This document shows, piece after piece, positions 9,073 through 18,100 of a stretch of DNA of 56,512 nt (positions within the stretch are counted from its first letter, which is position 1; every line of letters starts with the position of its first letter). Below the pieces are notes generated by a model. It ran no database searches. It was given only the letters and a program-made list of their open reading frames with translations, and was not told where the DNA came from. The position numbers and the translations under genes were made by a program. Source of the stretch: an uncultured virus (IMG/VR IMGVR_UViG_3300042445_002563) (lineage: Duplodnaviria; Heunggongvirae; Uroviricota; Caudoviricetes). The stretch lies in IMG/VR virus record IMGVR_UViG_3300042445_002563. One strand, given 5' to 3'.

Positions 9073-9545
9073 TTTTCACGCACAACAGCAGGTATACGAC
9101 CGGGTGCAGCATCCCAGATTTCCTTGGCTTCTGCACCAATCTTGCCGTCAATGGGGCAGGGTGTGCCGGCATTCATCATGGCATCAAACACTCTACGGTC
9201 CTGACACATGGTAGACACAGCAGCCACTTTCATGCCCATGTCATACAGAGTCTTGCTCAGTTTCAGACGTTCGCAGTTGTAGTCAACTCGTGTGCTGCCA
9301 AAGCTGATGCCAAAGATTTGTGTTTGTGCAGCACCACTAAAGCCTGTGACACAGATGTCACTGTTGATGCTGGTAACGCTGGGTGCAATAGCACTGGGAG
9401 GAGGACTAACCACAGTGGTCTTGCTGTCACTGGTGCTGGTGGTTCTACTGTCACTGGTGGATTGGGTCACAATCGGATCCGACTGTGCAAACGCAGAAAC
9501 GGCAACGAATCCCAAAATCGCTGCCAAGTAATTTAATTTTTTCAT
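9069..9545 (-). CDS. Secreted Cys-containing hypothetical protein
   Basis: Signal peptide, PPPSAIAP, NCERLKLSKTL, AGTPCP; TATAAATA upstream (9593-9600, -). Confidence 0.8.
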   Translation of the reverse strand: MKKLNYLAAILGFVAVSAFAQSDPIVTQSTSDSRTTSTSDSKTTVVSPPPSAIAPSVTSINSDICVTGFSGAAQTQIFGISFGSTRVDYNCERLKLSKTLYDMGMKVAAVSTMCQDRRVFDAMMNAGTPCPIDGKIGAEAKEIWDAAPGRIPAVVREK

Positions 9546-9630
9546 AACTCTGGCCCTTTATTATCAACAGCCAATCTTTGTTGGCTTGCTGATATTTATA
9601 GCACCAGAGTTGCTTTATAGTCTGGTGCTA

Positions 9631-9990
9631 TTAAGTTGGCTTTTTGACTGCTGGTTTTTTCACAACAGGCTTTTTGGCAGTCTGTGGTTTTTTCACAGCA
9701 GGCTTTTTGGCAGCGGCTGCCGGGGTGTCGCAAGAATTGTTGGCCTTTTGGCAGCTGCCACGAGCTTGTTCTGCTGCCCATTGTGCTGGTGTAAGTTTGT
9801 GCAATCCAACACACAGGCCAGTTGGGCTTCGCCCGCAACCGCACTTGGTCTGGGCTGATACCGTGGCTGGTGTCATTGTGGGTGCAACAACAGGTGCTTC
9901 TACCTTGTATGGTGCTGCTTCAGGTTGCACTGTGGGCGCAAGGGCCCGGGGGCTGGGTGATCTAAACCAATCAAAAACTGCTTTTAACAT
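9631..9990 (-). CDS. CDGSH-like Fe-S/zinc-finger protein with Lys/Pro/Ala-rich tail
   Basis: CGCGRSPTGLCVGLH (3Cys-1His); AKKP repeats; AGGAG RBS and TAAATA upstream. Confidence 0.65.
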   Translation of the reverse strand: MLKAVFDWFRSPSPRALAPTVQPEAAPYKVEAPVVAPTMTPATVSAQTKCGCGRSPTGLCVGLHKLTPAQWAAEQARGSCQKANNSCDTPAAAAKKPAVKKPQTAKKPVVKKPAVKKPT

Positions 9991-10073
9991 AAAATTCTCC
10001 TAGGCAGTATTTACTATCAAAACACAAAATTGGTTTAAAAAATTAGTGAGTGGTCACTAAAGGGTTGAAAAAA

Positions 10074-10105
10074 TGTTGCGTTGCAACAAAGTTATCATAT
10101 ATAAT
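10074..10105 (+). promoter_or_regulatory. Promoter with palindromic operator TGTTGC-N3-GCAACA over the -35 (PhaR-type)
   Basis: Perfect inverted repeat 10074-10088; TTGCGT-N18-TATAAT. Confidence 0.6.
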
Positions 10106-10167
10106 AGTACATGAGACGCTGGATAGGCCGGGTCTCATAGCAAACTCGCTTAAATTAGGAGAAACAT

Positions 10168-10440
10168 ATGTTTACAGCAGACGCAATCATCGACACCGTT
10201 CAAACCGGTAAAAAACAATTTGTAAAAACTTTTGTGACCAACGAAGCCGTTGCAGCCGCAATGAATAGCTTTGTGGACGCACAAGCCGACTACACCAAGA
10301 AAGCATTCCGAGTTGGTGTGGACACATTCACAACTCTCAGCTCAGAAATGATCAAGGCCAATCAAGAAGCCATGAAATTTGACTACAGCAAATTTGGTGA
10401 AGGCATTATGAAAGCCTACACTGCACAAGGCAAAAAGTAA
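10168..10440 (+). CDS. Phasin-like small helical protein
   Basis: 90 aa, Ala/Lys-rich amphipathic helices, no Cys/Trp/Pro; AGGAG RBS; TGC-N3-GCA operator upstream. Confidence 0.55.
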   Translation: MFTADAIIDTVQTGKKQFVKTFVTNEAVAAAMNSFVDAQADYTKKAFRVGVDTFTTLSSEMIKANQEAMKFDYSKFGEGIMKAYTAQGKK

Positions 10441-10456
10441 TACTTTTTTGCTACTA

Positions 10457-10486
10457 AAAACCCGTCATTTTGGCGGGTTTTCTTTT
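10457..10486 (+). terminator. Rho-independent terminator
   Basis: AAAACCCGTCA-TTT-TGGCGGGTTTT then T run. Confidence 0.8.
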
Positions 10487-10488
10487 GG

Positions 10489-10517
10489 TTGACTCAAATT
10501 GCTCAAAGTGCTATAAT
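10489..10517 (+). promoter_or_regulatory. Sigma70-type early promoter
   Basis: TTGACT-N17-TATAAT with TGn extension. Confidence 0.85.
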
Positions 10518-10544
10518 TAACACTTAATCAACACAGGAGCTGCC

Positions 10545-10799
10545 ATGCTTACGGATGCACAAGAATTGCAAATTAACTCAGTTGAAAAGTACACACACGA
10601 CTACGAAGCAGAAGCCGTAAAGTCTTTTGATGCCACTGGCGACGACAACATGCAAAAATTGCAAGAACGTTTTGAAGCAGTCATTGCAGGTGCTTACAAC
10701 AACAACGACGACATGGGTGGTATTGTTGCTTACTTTAAAGACTCAGAGCTCGTGGCATTTTACGACTATGAGAATTTTAAAGGTGCAGTGTTTGCATAA
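10545..10799 (+). CDS. Acidic hypothetical early protein
   Basis: Promoter and CAGGAG RBS. Confidence 0.75.
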   Translation: MLTDAQELQINSVEKYTHDYEAEAVKSFDATGDDNMQKLQERFEAVIAGAYNNNDDMGGIVAYFKDSELVAFYDYENFKGAVFA

Positions 10800-10823
10800 C
10801 CCTTGACCCGAAAGGGTCATTGG

Positions 10824-10852
10824 GTGACAATAATTGCCCATTGTGCTATAAT
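10824..10852 (+). promoter_or_regulatory. Sigma70-type early promoter preceded by GACCC-GAAA-GGGTC hairpin
   Basis: GTGACA-N17-TATAAT with TGn. Confidence 0.75.
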
Positions 10853-10882
10853 ATACACATAAACAGCAAACAGGAGTTCCAG

Positions 10883-11098
10883 ATGAGCAAGTTTGAAGTT
10901 CGTTTTTTTCGTAGTGAAGATGCCGCATCCTCTAGCTGGCTGGTGACTGAAGTGCTGTCAGACGATGGCGAAGGCAATCGCACAAGCGATATCTATGCTG
11001 AATTTGACCCCACCACCGATGGCCAGGAACAGGCCCGCGACCTGGCTGATGTGTTAAACCGCGAAGTGGAACAAGAAATCTACGCAGAATTTGGTTGA
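10883..11098 (+). CDS. Acidic hypothetical early protein
   Basis: CAGGAG RBS places start at MSKFEV (10883). Confidence 0.75.
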   Translation: MSKFEVRFFRSEDAASSSWLVTEVLSDDGEGNRTSDIYAEFDPTTDGQEQARDLADVLNREVEQEIYAEFG

Positions 11099-11105
11099 AG
11101 CAAAT

Positions 11106-11255
11106 ATGAAACCCGTGTCTTTTGTTATACAACTACCTCGTCGGCGTCGTCGTGCTGTGGAACTGTACAGCCGCGACACGCCGTTCAAACCCCGAATTGA
11201 AAAGTCTCGCACAGTATACACTCGTCGAGTCAAACATGTTCAGCAGGAATTCTAA
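11106..11255 (+). CDS. 49-aa basic protein with ArfA-like motif (absent from ORF track)
   Basis: MKPVSFVIQLPRRRRRAVELYSRDTPFKPRIEKSRTVYTRRVKHVQQEF; fills the gap and abuts the next ATG. Confidence 0.6.
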   Translation: MKPVSFVIQLPRRRRRAVELYSRDTPFKPRIEKSRTVYTRRVKHVQQEF

Positions 11256-11498
11256 ATGAAACGTTGTGCTATACTGCTGGCCTTGGTGCTGACTGGTTGT
11301 GCAACACATCAGGTGCCACCTCCCAGTGTACAGATCATGCCCAATGACTGCGCCAACCGTGCCATGATAATTCAGTGGCTGAGCCGACAAGCTGCTATTT
11401 CTCGAACTCCCTTGCAAACACAGGAATCTTATGACCAAGCCCAAGCTCAAATTCGCCATCGTATTTGGAATATGCGTTACAATTGCCAGCCTGTCTAG
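11256..11498 (+). CDS. Lipoprotein
   Basis: Lipobox LTGC; CAGGA RBS. Confidence 0.75.
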   Translation: MKRCAILLALVLTGCATHQVPPPSVQIMPNDCANRAMIIQWLSRQAAISRTPLQTQESYDQAQAQIRHRIWNMRYNCQPV

Positions 11499-11781
11499 TG
11501 GGTGTGCCATCAGTCCCAATCCCAATCGTGTGACTGCCAGCATTGCACATCTTGACAGTGGGTTCCGGCTGGACTGCCGCAGGAAACACGAACAGATTGC
11601 CATGTTGCAGAGCATGCGGCAATCAAAAGATGAAAGCTTTGAAGCTCACTTGCGAGTATTTTTGCAACCCTGGCGAGTGATCACCGATCCGGCAGATCAT
11701 CAAATTGACTCAGAGGTTGCTTACGGCAATCCCAACAAATACATCAACTATCATCTCAACCAGTTAAGGTACTGCCCATGA
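11431..11781 (+). CDS. Putative lipoprotein
   Basis: Basic N-terminus, hydrophobic stretch, SSGC; ATGA overlap with next gene. Confidence 0.55.
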   Translation: MTKPKLKFAIVFGICVTIASLSSGCAISPNPNRVTASIAHLDSGFRLDCRRKHEQIAMLQSMRQSKDESFEAHLRVFLQPWRVITDPADHQIDSEVAYGNPNKYINYHLNQLRYCP

Positions 11782-12338
11782 AACATCTAGCATTGATTGC
11801 AGCCTTGATCCCTGCCTTGGCCGCGGCAGAATGTGTGCTACAAGATCGAACAGTTACTTCGCATGCAATTGTGATACAAGAACGTTCAGGGCTGCAACGA
11901 ACAGTGGTTGCTCCTCCCGAAGGCGGCAAAAGATGTATTGTGAATTTTCGTGCCAGAGTGGGATCAGCCTGGTACACTGCCACAGGGCAGTATGATTGGG
12001 CCGGGGATCGGCCTTCCAACGAAGCATGTGCTGTGGCTGCTGCTCGAGCCGATGACAGTGTGCATGGTCAAGCCATCAGTCAACATGTGCGCAGTGAAAA
12101 AGTCATGATCTGCAATGACCAAGAAAACTTGAACAACACAAAAACAACCACTCCGGGCACAAAAGGACAACTACATCAGTTTCGCCCACATCCAGATTAT
12201 CCCAAACGTTTTTGGCACAACGGAGCACAGTGCAGAATGATCCTGGATTCGGCCTGGACTGGTCGAGATATCCATACCTACCAAGGAGTCATTTGCCAAT
12301 TGCAAGATTCCACCTGGGTAGTGGTTGACAAATTTTAA
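11778..12338 (+). CDS. Secreted Cys-containing hypothetical protein
   Basis: Signal peptide MKHLALIAALIPALAAAE. Confidence 0.75.
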   Translation: MKHLALIAALIPALAAAECVLQDRTVTSHAIVIQERSGLQRTVVAPPEGGKRCIVNFRARVGSAWYTATGQYDWAGDRPSNEACAVAAARADDSVHGQAISQHVRSEKVMICNDQENLNNTKTTTPGTKGQLHQFRPHPDYPKRFWHNGAQCRMILDSAWTGRDIHTYQGVICQLQDSTWVVVDKF

Positions 12339-12353
12339 CAACCGTGCTATACT
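12325..12353 (+). promoter_or_regulatory. Sigma70-type early promoter
   Basis: TTGACA-N17-TATACT with TGn. Confidence 0.85.
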
Positions 12354-12382
12354 ACAAGCACATTAACTCAACGGAGAAATCC

Positions 12383-12505
12383 ATGAAATTGTTTTTAACT
12401 TTGATCCTGGCCATGTTTCTGACTGCATGTGGCACAATAGGCGGTACAGTCAGTGGTGCCGGCACAGACCTGAGTCGAGCCGGTGAATGGATTAAATCTC
12501 GTTAA
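12383..12505 (+). CDS. Entericidin EcnA/B-like 40-aa lipoprotein (absent from ORF track)
   Basis: MKLFLTLILAMFLTACGTIGGTVSGAGTDLSRAGEWIKSR; GGAG RBS; own promoter. Confidence 0.75.
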   Translation: MKLFLTLILAMFLTACGTIGGTVSGAGTDLSRAGEWIKSR

Positions 12506-12510
12506 GGAAT

Positions 12511-13089
12511 ATGATGAAAAACTTTTTAGCTCTGGCCCTGGTGGCATCGTTGGCTGCATGCAGTTCTGCCCCCAAAGACACCTACGAAAAACGTGTGTAT
12601 GAAGAACGCATTCAGCAAGAAAAGTCAGTTGAGCGATCAATTGACCAGGCTCCAAAATGGATGACTCAATTGCCCGAAAGCAAAAACGCAGTATTTGCCA
12701 CAGGATCTAGTGTGAGCCGTGACATGAGCATGGCAGACTGGAAAGCCAAGATGGTTGCCATGGGCAAGATCTGTGTGGCAGCTGGCGGTCAGATCAGTCA
12801 GCAAGGCAAGATCTTCATGCAGGACAGCGAAAGCACTTCGACTGAAATCAGTGAAATGGCCATCAAAACATTCTGCCCAAGTGTGGATGTGACTGGGGTC
12901 GAAGTTCGTGAAATCAAACGTATTGCTGAAGGCAGTCGGTATCGAACCTTTGTGCTGATAGCACTGCCCACTGGCGATGCCAATCTGTTGCAAAAGCGCA
13001 AAGACGTACTAGCTCAGCAAAATCGAGCAAAAATCCGAAGCACAGAGGCATTTAGAGAGCTAGATGCTGTAAAAACACCGGCTCAATAA
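12511..13089 (+). CDS. Lipoprotein, LPP20-like
   Basis: Lipobox LAAC, APKWM, AVFATGS. Confidence 0.7.
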   Translation: MMKNFLALALVASLAACSSAPKDTYEKRVYEERIQQEKSVERSIDQAPKWMTQLPESKNAVFATGSSVSRDMSMADWKAKMVAMGKICVAAGGQISQQGKIFMQDSESTSTEISEMAIKTFCPSVDVTGVEVREIKRIAEGSRYRTFVLIALPTGDANLLQKRKDVLAQQNRAKIRSTEAFRELDAVKTPAQ

Positions 13090-13100
13090 GCTAATAAATA

Positions 13101-13123
13101 AAAGCAGCCTCCGGGCTGCTTTT
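13101..13123 (+). terminator. Stem-loop terminator
   Basis: AAAGCAGCC-TCCG-GGCTGCTTT. Confidence 0.7.
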
Positions 13124-13130
13124 CTCACGT

Positions 13131-13712
13131 ATGAACATGGCCACAGACAACACACAACAACTTGAACAAACGCACACACAAGCCTTGGCCGACAACGGTA
13201 TGCATGTGTTTATGGGCGAGGTAGACAATGAGCACATACAGCCCATTGTGGAATGGATCTTGCATGAAAATTTTGTGGTTAAAAAACGCAAAAAAGAACT
13301 CTTGCTGATGATCTGCTCCGAAGGTGGTGACATGAGCACTGCCTTTGCCTTGATTGATGTCATGCGCAGCAGCAACATTCCTGTAAAAACTGTGGGCCTG
13401 GGCCAAATTGGATCAGCTGGCCTGTTGATATTTCTAGCAGGCTCGCCGGGACGTAGAATACTTACTCCCAACACCAGTATCTTGAGTCACCAGTTCAGCT
13501 GGGGCAGTGATGGCAAGGTACATGAATTGTTTGCCACAATGAAAGAATTTGAGCTTACACAAAAACGCATGGTACAGCACTACAAGGATTGTACCGGGCT
13601 CGATGATGAAACAATTCGAGCCAAGTTGTTGCCACCACATGATGTTTGGCTCAGTGCTCAAGAAGCCCTGGCACTGAACATCTGCGATGCTATTTCTGAA
13701 CTGGCTCGCTGA
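13131..13712 (+). CDS. Divergent ClpP-family protease
   Basis: ICSEGGD, GQIGSAG (Ser), SHQF (His), HDVWLSAQEAL (Asp). Confidence 0.88.
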   Translation: MNMATDNTQQLEQTHTQALADNGMHVFMGEVDNEHIQPIVEWILHENFVVKKRKKELLLMICSEGGDMSTAFALIDVMRSSNIPVKTVGLGQIGSAGLLIFLAGSPGRRILTPNTSILSHQFSWGSDGKVHELFATMKEFELTQKRMVQHYKDCTGLDDETIRAKLLPPHDVWLSAQEALALNICDAISELAR

Positions 13713-13714
13713 GT

Positions 13715-15295
13715 TTAGCGTTTGGCCCGGCCAGTAACACTGGGATCAAAGTTTGGTTCTTGAGTTTGTTTTGATGCTCGGGCACCCGGTCCAGTTAGTC
13801 TTGGAGCACTAGTGATATTGTCCAAGGTATCTGTGTCCTGGTCAGCTATCTCCGCATCACTCTTGGCAACTCCGGGAATGTCTCCTGGATCAAGGTCTGT
13901 ACCACCCGGGGAGATTTCCACACTCATTTTACCCTTGATTTCACCTGCAGATCCTTTGGTCTTGAGTTTAACTTGGCCGGATATTTTAGCAGGCCAAAAA
14001 GCCTCTGTGACCAACTTGTTGCCCTTGACGTTGGTGTAGAGTTGAATAAAGTTATAGCCCAAACTTTCAATCAATGCTGCTCTTAGGTCTGGCACGGCTC
14101 GATCAGAATTCACAGCCCGCATCACATCCGAAGTTACTGCATACCAGGCCTTGCCACCGTCAGCAGCAGTACCATACAACACTTTGTCGCTGAGTTGTTT
14201 TTCAAAATTTTTCATAATGCCTCTTGGCAATGATTTGCCAGATTTCATACTGGCTTCTATCCGAGACACAAAATCTGAGTCAAACGGCAACATTGCATGA
14301 TAGGCTTTTGGTACCTTGCTGGGATTAAGCAAATACAGATGGTTCATCATGGCAAATGGTTGCGTGTATTGCGAAAGAGCAGGGTCTTGTGCAATATCCA
14401 AAAACTCCGCAGCATCAGGATATTTTTCACGTACCTCTTTTGGCAACTTCATTGAACCAAGACTTGGTGGTGCTCCTTTGCCTGCTGCTTTGCTGGAAAT
14501 CTTGACAGCATGACCTGTTGAATCGTTGACAACACTAAAACTATCAGCCAGCGGATTGTTTGACGCCTTGGGAAAGAACATGATCATGTCGGAAAGATCC
14601 CCCCCAACAAACTCTTGAAATTCTTCACGACTGCCCCGAACAAATGGCACTCCACCGCTGACCAATCCCAGAGCTCCAATGTATTCAGATGCATACAGTT
14701 CAATTGCCTTGGTTTGATCTTTGTTGAGATCTGAAGGAAATACCGGAACTTGTCCGTTGTTGGCCTGCTTGGCCAAATAAATTACTGCGTCACCCAGTTT
14801 TCCCATGTTCTGCAACGCAGGATTTTCTGCAATCTTGCTGTACATTTCTGAAGCCGGAAACCCGCCTGCTTTCAACAGAGAATCAATGTTGTTGCCAAGA
14901 TCAGCAATTTCAGTGTCTGGATCAGTTGCAAAAACATCACTGGGTTTGATTTTAATATTTTCTGCTTCTTTACTGCCAAACTCCACAGTTTTCTGCAACT
15001 CAGTATTTTTGACTGTGCCGCCATCTGTGGTGCGCATGGTGATGGTTCCTTTGGGGCCACTGGCCAGCCAGGATGCAACCAAATTGGCATCTCCACGATT
15101 GATCACAACTTCGTCGCCATCAATTTTGGTGAACGGACTACCATTTTTGACCTTGTGTAAAAACAGTTCGGGCCGAGTGAACAGTGTTTTAGTTTTGGGA
15201 TTGACCACTGCTGACATTTTTTTGGAAGGTATTTCGCCGGCTGCTAGACTGGCCTCTACCAGCATGTTATCGAGTAAGTTGAGTAGGTCTCTCAT
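13715..15295 (-). CDS. 526-aa hypothetical protein, possibly virion-internal; weak PD-(D/E)xK-like motif
   Basis: Long [18 protein letters not shown] leader; NPLADSF...KISSK. Confidence 0.7.
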   Translation of the reverse strand: MRDLLNLLDNMLVEASLAAGEIPSKKMSAVVNPKTKTLFTRPELFLHKVKNGSPFTKIDGDEVVINRGDANLVASWLASGPKGTITMRTTDGGTVKNTELQKTVEFGSKEAENIKIKPSDVFATDPDTEIADLGNNIDSLLKAGGFPASEMYSKIAENPALQNMGKLGDAVIYLAKQANNGQVPVFPSDLNKDQTKAIELYASEYIGALGLVSGGVPFVRGSREEFQEFVGGDLSDMIMFFPKASNNPLADSFSVVNDSTGHAVKISSKAAGKGAPPSLGSMKLPKEVREKYPDAAEFLDIAQDPALSQYTQPFAMMNHLYLLNPSKVPKAYHAMLPFDSDFVSRIEASMKSGKSLPRGIMKNFEKQLSDKVLYGTAADGGKAWYAVTSDVMRAVNSDRAVPDLRAALIESLGYNFIQLYTNVKGNKLVTEAFWPAKISGQVKLKTKGSAGEIKGKMSVEISPGGTDLDPGDIPGVAKSDAEIADQDTDTLDNITSAPRLTGPGARASKQTQEPNFDPSVTGRAKR

Positions 15296-15350
15296 TGTGT
15301 TTTCCGTAAAAAGATGTTATACTTACTTATCACTAACACAAGGAACCCCT

Positions 15351-15944
15351 ATGTCAAACTTGGTACCAATGGTGCTGGAACAAACAGCCAAGGGCGAACG
15401 CAGCTACGATATCTACAGCCGTTTGCTCCGAGATCGCATCATCATGCTGCACACTGATGTGAATGAAAATTCAGCCAGCCTGATTGTGAGTCAGCTGTTG
15501 TTTTTGGAAGCAGACAATCCTGACAAAGACATCAGTTTTTACATCAACTCACCAGGTGGCGCAGTCACAGCAGGCATGGCCATCTATGATACCATGCAGT
15601 TTATCAAATGTGATGTGCAGACCATTGTGATGGGGCAGGCATGCAGCATGGGCAGTTTGTTGGCACAAGCAGGCGCAGCAGGCAAACGCAGCATCCTGGC
15701 CAATGCACGACACATGATTCACCAGCCGTCGGGCGGAGCTCGTGGCCAGGCCACAGACATGCTGATTCAGGTGGAGGAAATTCTTGCCATGAAAAAGAAC
15801 CTGACCGAGATCTATGTTGATCACAACTCAGCAGGCAAAACGTTTGATCAGCTGAGTGCCGACATGGAACGGGATAACTACATGAGTGCAGATCAAGCAG
15901 TTGCTTATGGTCTTGCCGACAAAGTTATTTCTAAACGTGACTAA
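15351..15944 (+). CDS. clpP: ATP-dependent Clp protease proteolytic subunit
   Basis: [53 protein letters not shown] gives start 15351. Confidence 0.96.
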   Translation: MSNLVPMVLEQTAKGERSYDIYSRLLRDRIIMLHTDVNENSASLIVSQLLFLEADNPDKDISFYINSPGGAVTAGMAIYDTMQFIKCDVQTIVMGQACSMGSLLAQAGAAGKRSILANARHMIHQPSGGARGQATDMLIQVEEILAMKKNLTEIYVDHNSAGKTFDQLSADMERDNYMSADQAVAYGLADKVISKRD

Positions 15945-17253
15945 TCCTAACATTTTTTGTAGCACACCCTGGTACGAACTGCACATCTATTGGGATGGCA
16001 GTCTGGGTATCTGCTGCGCCGAAGCACACAAACTGTACTCGCCTGACAGCAGATACAACATAGCTCGCATGAGCATTGTGGAATGGTTCAATTCTGAACC
16101 AGTGAAACAATTTAGAACTAGAATTTCTGGAAATGCTCGTATATCTCAATGCCGTCGTTGTTATGATGAGGAAGATTTTGGTGGCAATAGTCGTCGGCAA
16201 CGATCCAATCAAAAAAGTGTAATCTTTGAACAAGCATTTGATGAAAGTTTTCAGCAAAGTCCGGGGCACCAGTATTTTGTAAATAGTGCTAATAACAATG
16301 GTGCAACTGAAACCTACCCAATAGACATGCACATTGATTTAGGCAATCACTGTAATCTTGCCTGTAAAATGTGCTTCCCTCGGGCCAGTAGTAAAATCGC
16401 AATGCAAGAAGTAAAATGGGGCATCGAATCCAGTAAACAGTATGTTGGTACTGATTGGACCAGAGATCAGTTGGTCTGGAACAATTTTAAAACCCAACTG
16501 GTAAACATTCACAAATTAAAAAATATTCACTTTATGGGCGGTGAGACTCTGATCTCTCCAAGATTTGAGGACCTGGTGGACACACTAACAGCACATGAGC
16601 GATTTGATGTGGGGTTTAGTTTTGTGACCAATGGCACCACGGTAAATCCTGCATTGATGAACAAGCTAAAAAAATTCAGTAGAGTAGGAATAGAAGTCAG
16701 TATTGAAACAACCACTCCACACAACTCCTATGTAAGACAAGGCACAGACACCAGTCAAGTGCTGAAAAACATAGCCTGGTATCAGTCACAGGCCAACAAT
16801 ACCACTATTTCAGTAGCTCTGCGTCCAGCAATCAGTATGTTGACCATTGGATATTATTCTTCTTTGTTGGAGTATGCCTGGCACAATCAGTTGATCATAA
16901 AATCGTTGTTGGTAACAGATCCAGATTTTTTAAATGCCAGCAATCTCCCAACTGATGTGAAACAGCATTACTCTGGAACATTTGACAAAATCATCTCAAA
17001 ATCGTCCCACATCACAGTTGATCCAGATTACAACGCTAGTGATCCCAACAATTATCAAACTGTGATTCAACAACAGGCTCACATGTGCAAACAATTGTTG
17101 AACACACCGGCTCACCACAACAGTTTGCACAATCATCGACTACTGGTAGAGCATTGTCAGCGATGGGACAAGGTGTACGGGCACAACGCAACAGTGCTGT
17201 ATCCTGAACTGCAAGACATCTGGACTCAATATGACTACACTGGTTCAACTTGA
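15937..17253 (+). CDS. Radical SAM protein with N-terminal twitch/SPASM-like Cys cluster
   Basis: [18 protein letters not shown]-terminal FC...ICC...CRRC; GTG start overlapping clpP end. Confidence 0.9.
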   Translation: MTNPNIFCSTPWYELHIYWDGSLGICCAEAHKLYSPDSRYNIARMSIVEWFNSEPVKQFRTRISGNARISQCRRCYDEEDFGGNSRRQRSNQKSVIFEQAFDESFQQSPGHQYFVNSANNNGATETYPIDMHIDLGNHCNLACKMCFPRASSKIAMQEVKWGIESSKQYVGTDWTRDQLVWNNFKTQLVNIHKLKNIHFMGGETLISPRFEDLVDTLTAHERFDVGFSFVTNGTTVNPALMNKLKKFSRVGIEVSIETTTPHNSYVRQGTDTSQVLKNIAWYQSQANNTTISVALRPAISMLTIGYYSSLLEYAWHNQLIIKSLLVTDPDFLNASNLPTDVKQHYSGTFDKIISKSSHITVDPDYNASDPNNYQTVIQQQAHMCKQLLNTPAHHNSLHNHRLLVEHCQRWDKVYGHNATVLYPELQDIWTQYDYTGST

Positions 17254-17662
17254 ACTAACGCTGGAACCAGTGCATCTGCCCTGGATCGAAGTGGCACTAG
17301 ACGGCATCAAGTACACTCAACAGTTGACCAAAGAAACGGCGTTTGTATTTGAATTTGAAACTGACGTTCAGCAACTGCTGCTGACAGTGACTCATTTCAA
17401 CAAACTGCCCGATGATCCGTCAACTGCGGTAATAGTCAAACAGTTGAGTTTTTTTGGAATATCAGATCCTAAATTCATATGGCAGGCACAATATAGACCC
17501 GAATATCCTGAACCCTGGTTTGGCCAACAACGTCCGTCTCCGCCAGAGATTGTGACTAGTGCCACCTACCTGGGCTGGAACGGAGTTTGGAGTTTGGAGT
17601 TTGGGGTGCCAGTATTCACATGGATACACCAGATTCAAAATCTTGGCTGGATTTACGATTGA
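17231..17662 (+). CDS. Hypothetical protein
   Basis: Coupled to radical SAM gene; LGWNGVW...PVFTWIH. Confidence 0.7.
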   Translation: MTTLVQLELTLEPVHLPWIEVALDGIKYTQQLTKETAFVFEFETDVQQLLLTVTHFNKLPDDPSTAVIVKQLSFFGISDPKFIWQAQYRPEYPEPWFGQQRPSPPEIVTSATYLGWNGVWSLEFGVPVFTWIHQIQNLGWIYD

Positions 17663-17670
17663 TGTCCAAT

Positions 17671-17699
17671 TTGACCTAAATTCCCATTTGTGCTATAAT
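17671..17699 (+). promoter_or_regulatory. Sigma70-type early promoter
   Basis: TTGACC-N17-TATAAT with TGn. Confidence 0.85.
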
Positions 17700-17749
17700 A
17701 TACACATAGATAGCAACAAAATTCTCAAAGAACACTTTGGAGTCGAAGA

Positions 17750-18100
17750 ATGAAATGGTTTGCTGAAACAACTGTGTGGAGTGACACCAACATTCCCAAT
17801 GGTGTGTACTTGCTGGACGATGGCAAAAGCAAGATGTATGCATTCCGTCCACAGAGCACTGGTGCTATAAAAGTTTTCAAGAATGCAATCCGTATTGACA
17901 CTCGTGGACGCAAGTTTGTGGTCAATCCTGTGCAGTTTGCAACTGGTGTGAAAGAACCAGAACCTCAAGGTCGTGCCTGGACAGTAAAAGGCAGCAAGGG
18001 CGACGAGTACAAGGTCACAGAGTTGAACGGAAACTTTTCTTGCACCTGTTCAGGATTTCGATTCCGGGGGGACTGCAAGCACGTTAAGGGTGTGACATGA
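17750..18100 (+). CDS. Protein with C-terminal SWIM-type zinc finger
   Basis: VKGSKGDEYKV...CTCSGF...CKH. Confidence 0.75.
   Translation: MKWFAETTVWSDTNIPNGVYLLDDGKSKMYAFRPQSTGAIKVFKNAIRIDTRGRKFVVNPVQFATGVKEPEPQGRAWTVKGSKGDEYKVTELNGNFSCTCSGFRFRGDCKHVKGVT

Noticed and set aside
14805..15350. Long N-terminal extension of ClpP
   Set aside because: Antisense to the 526-aa gene; promoter and RBS point to ATG 15351
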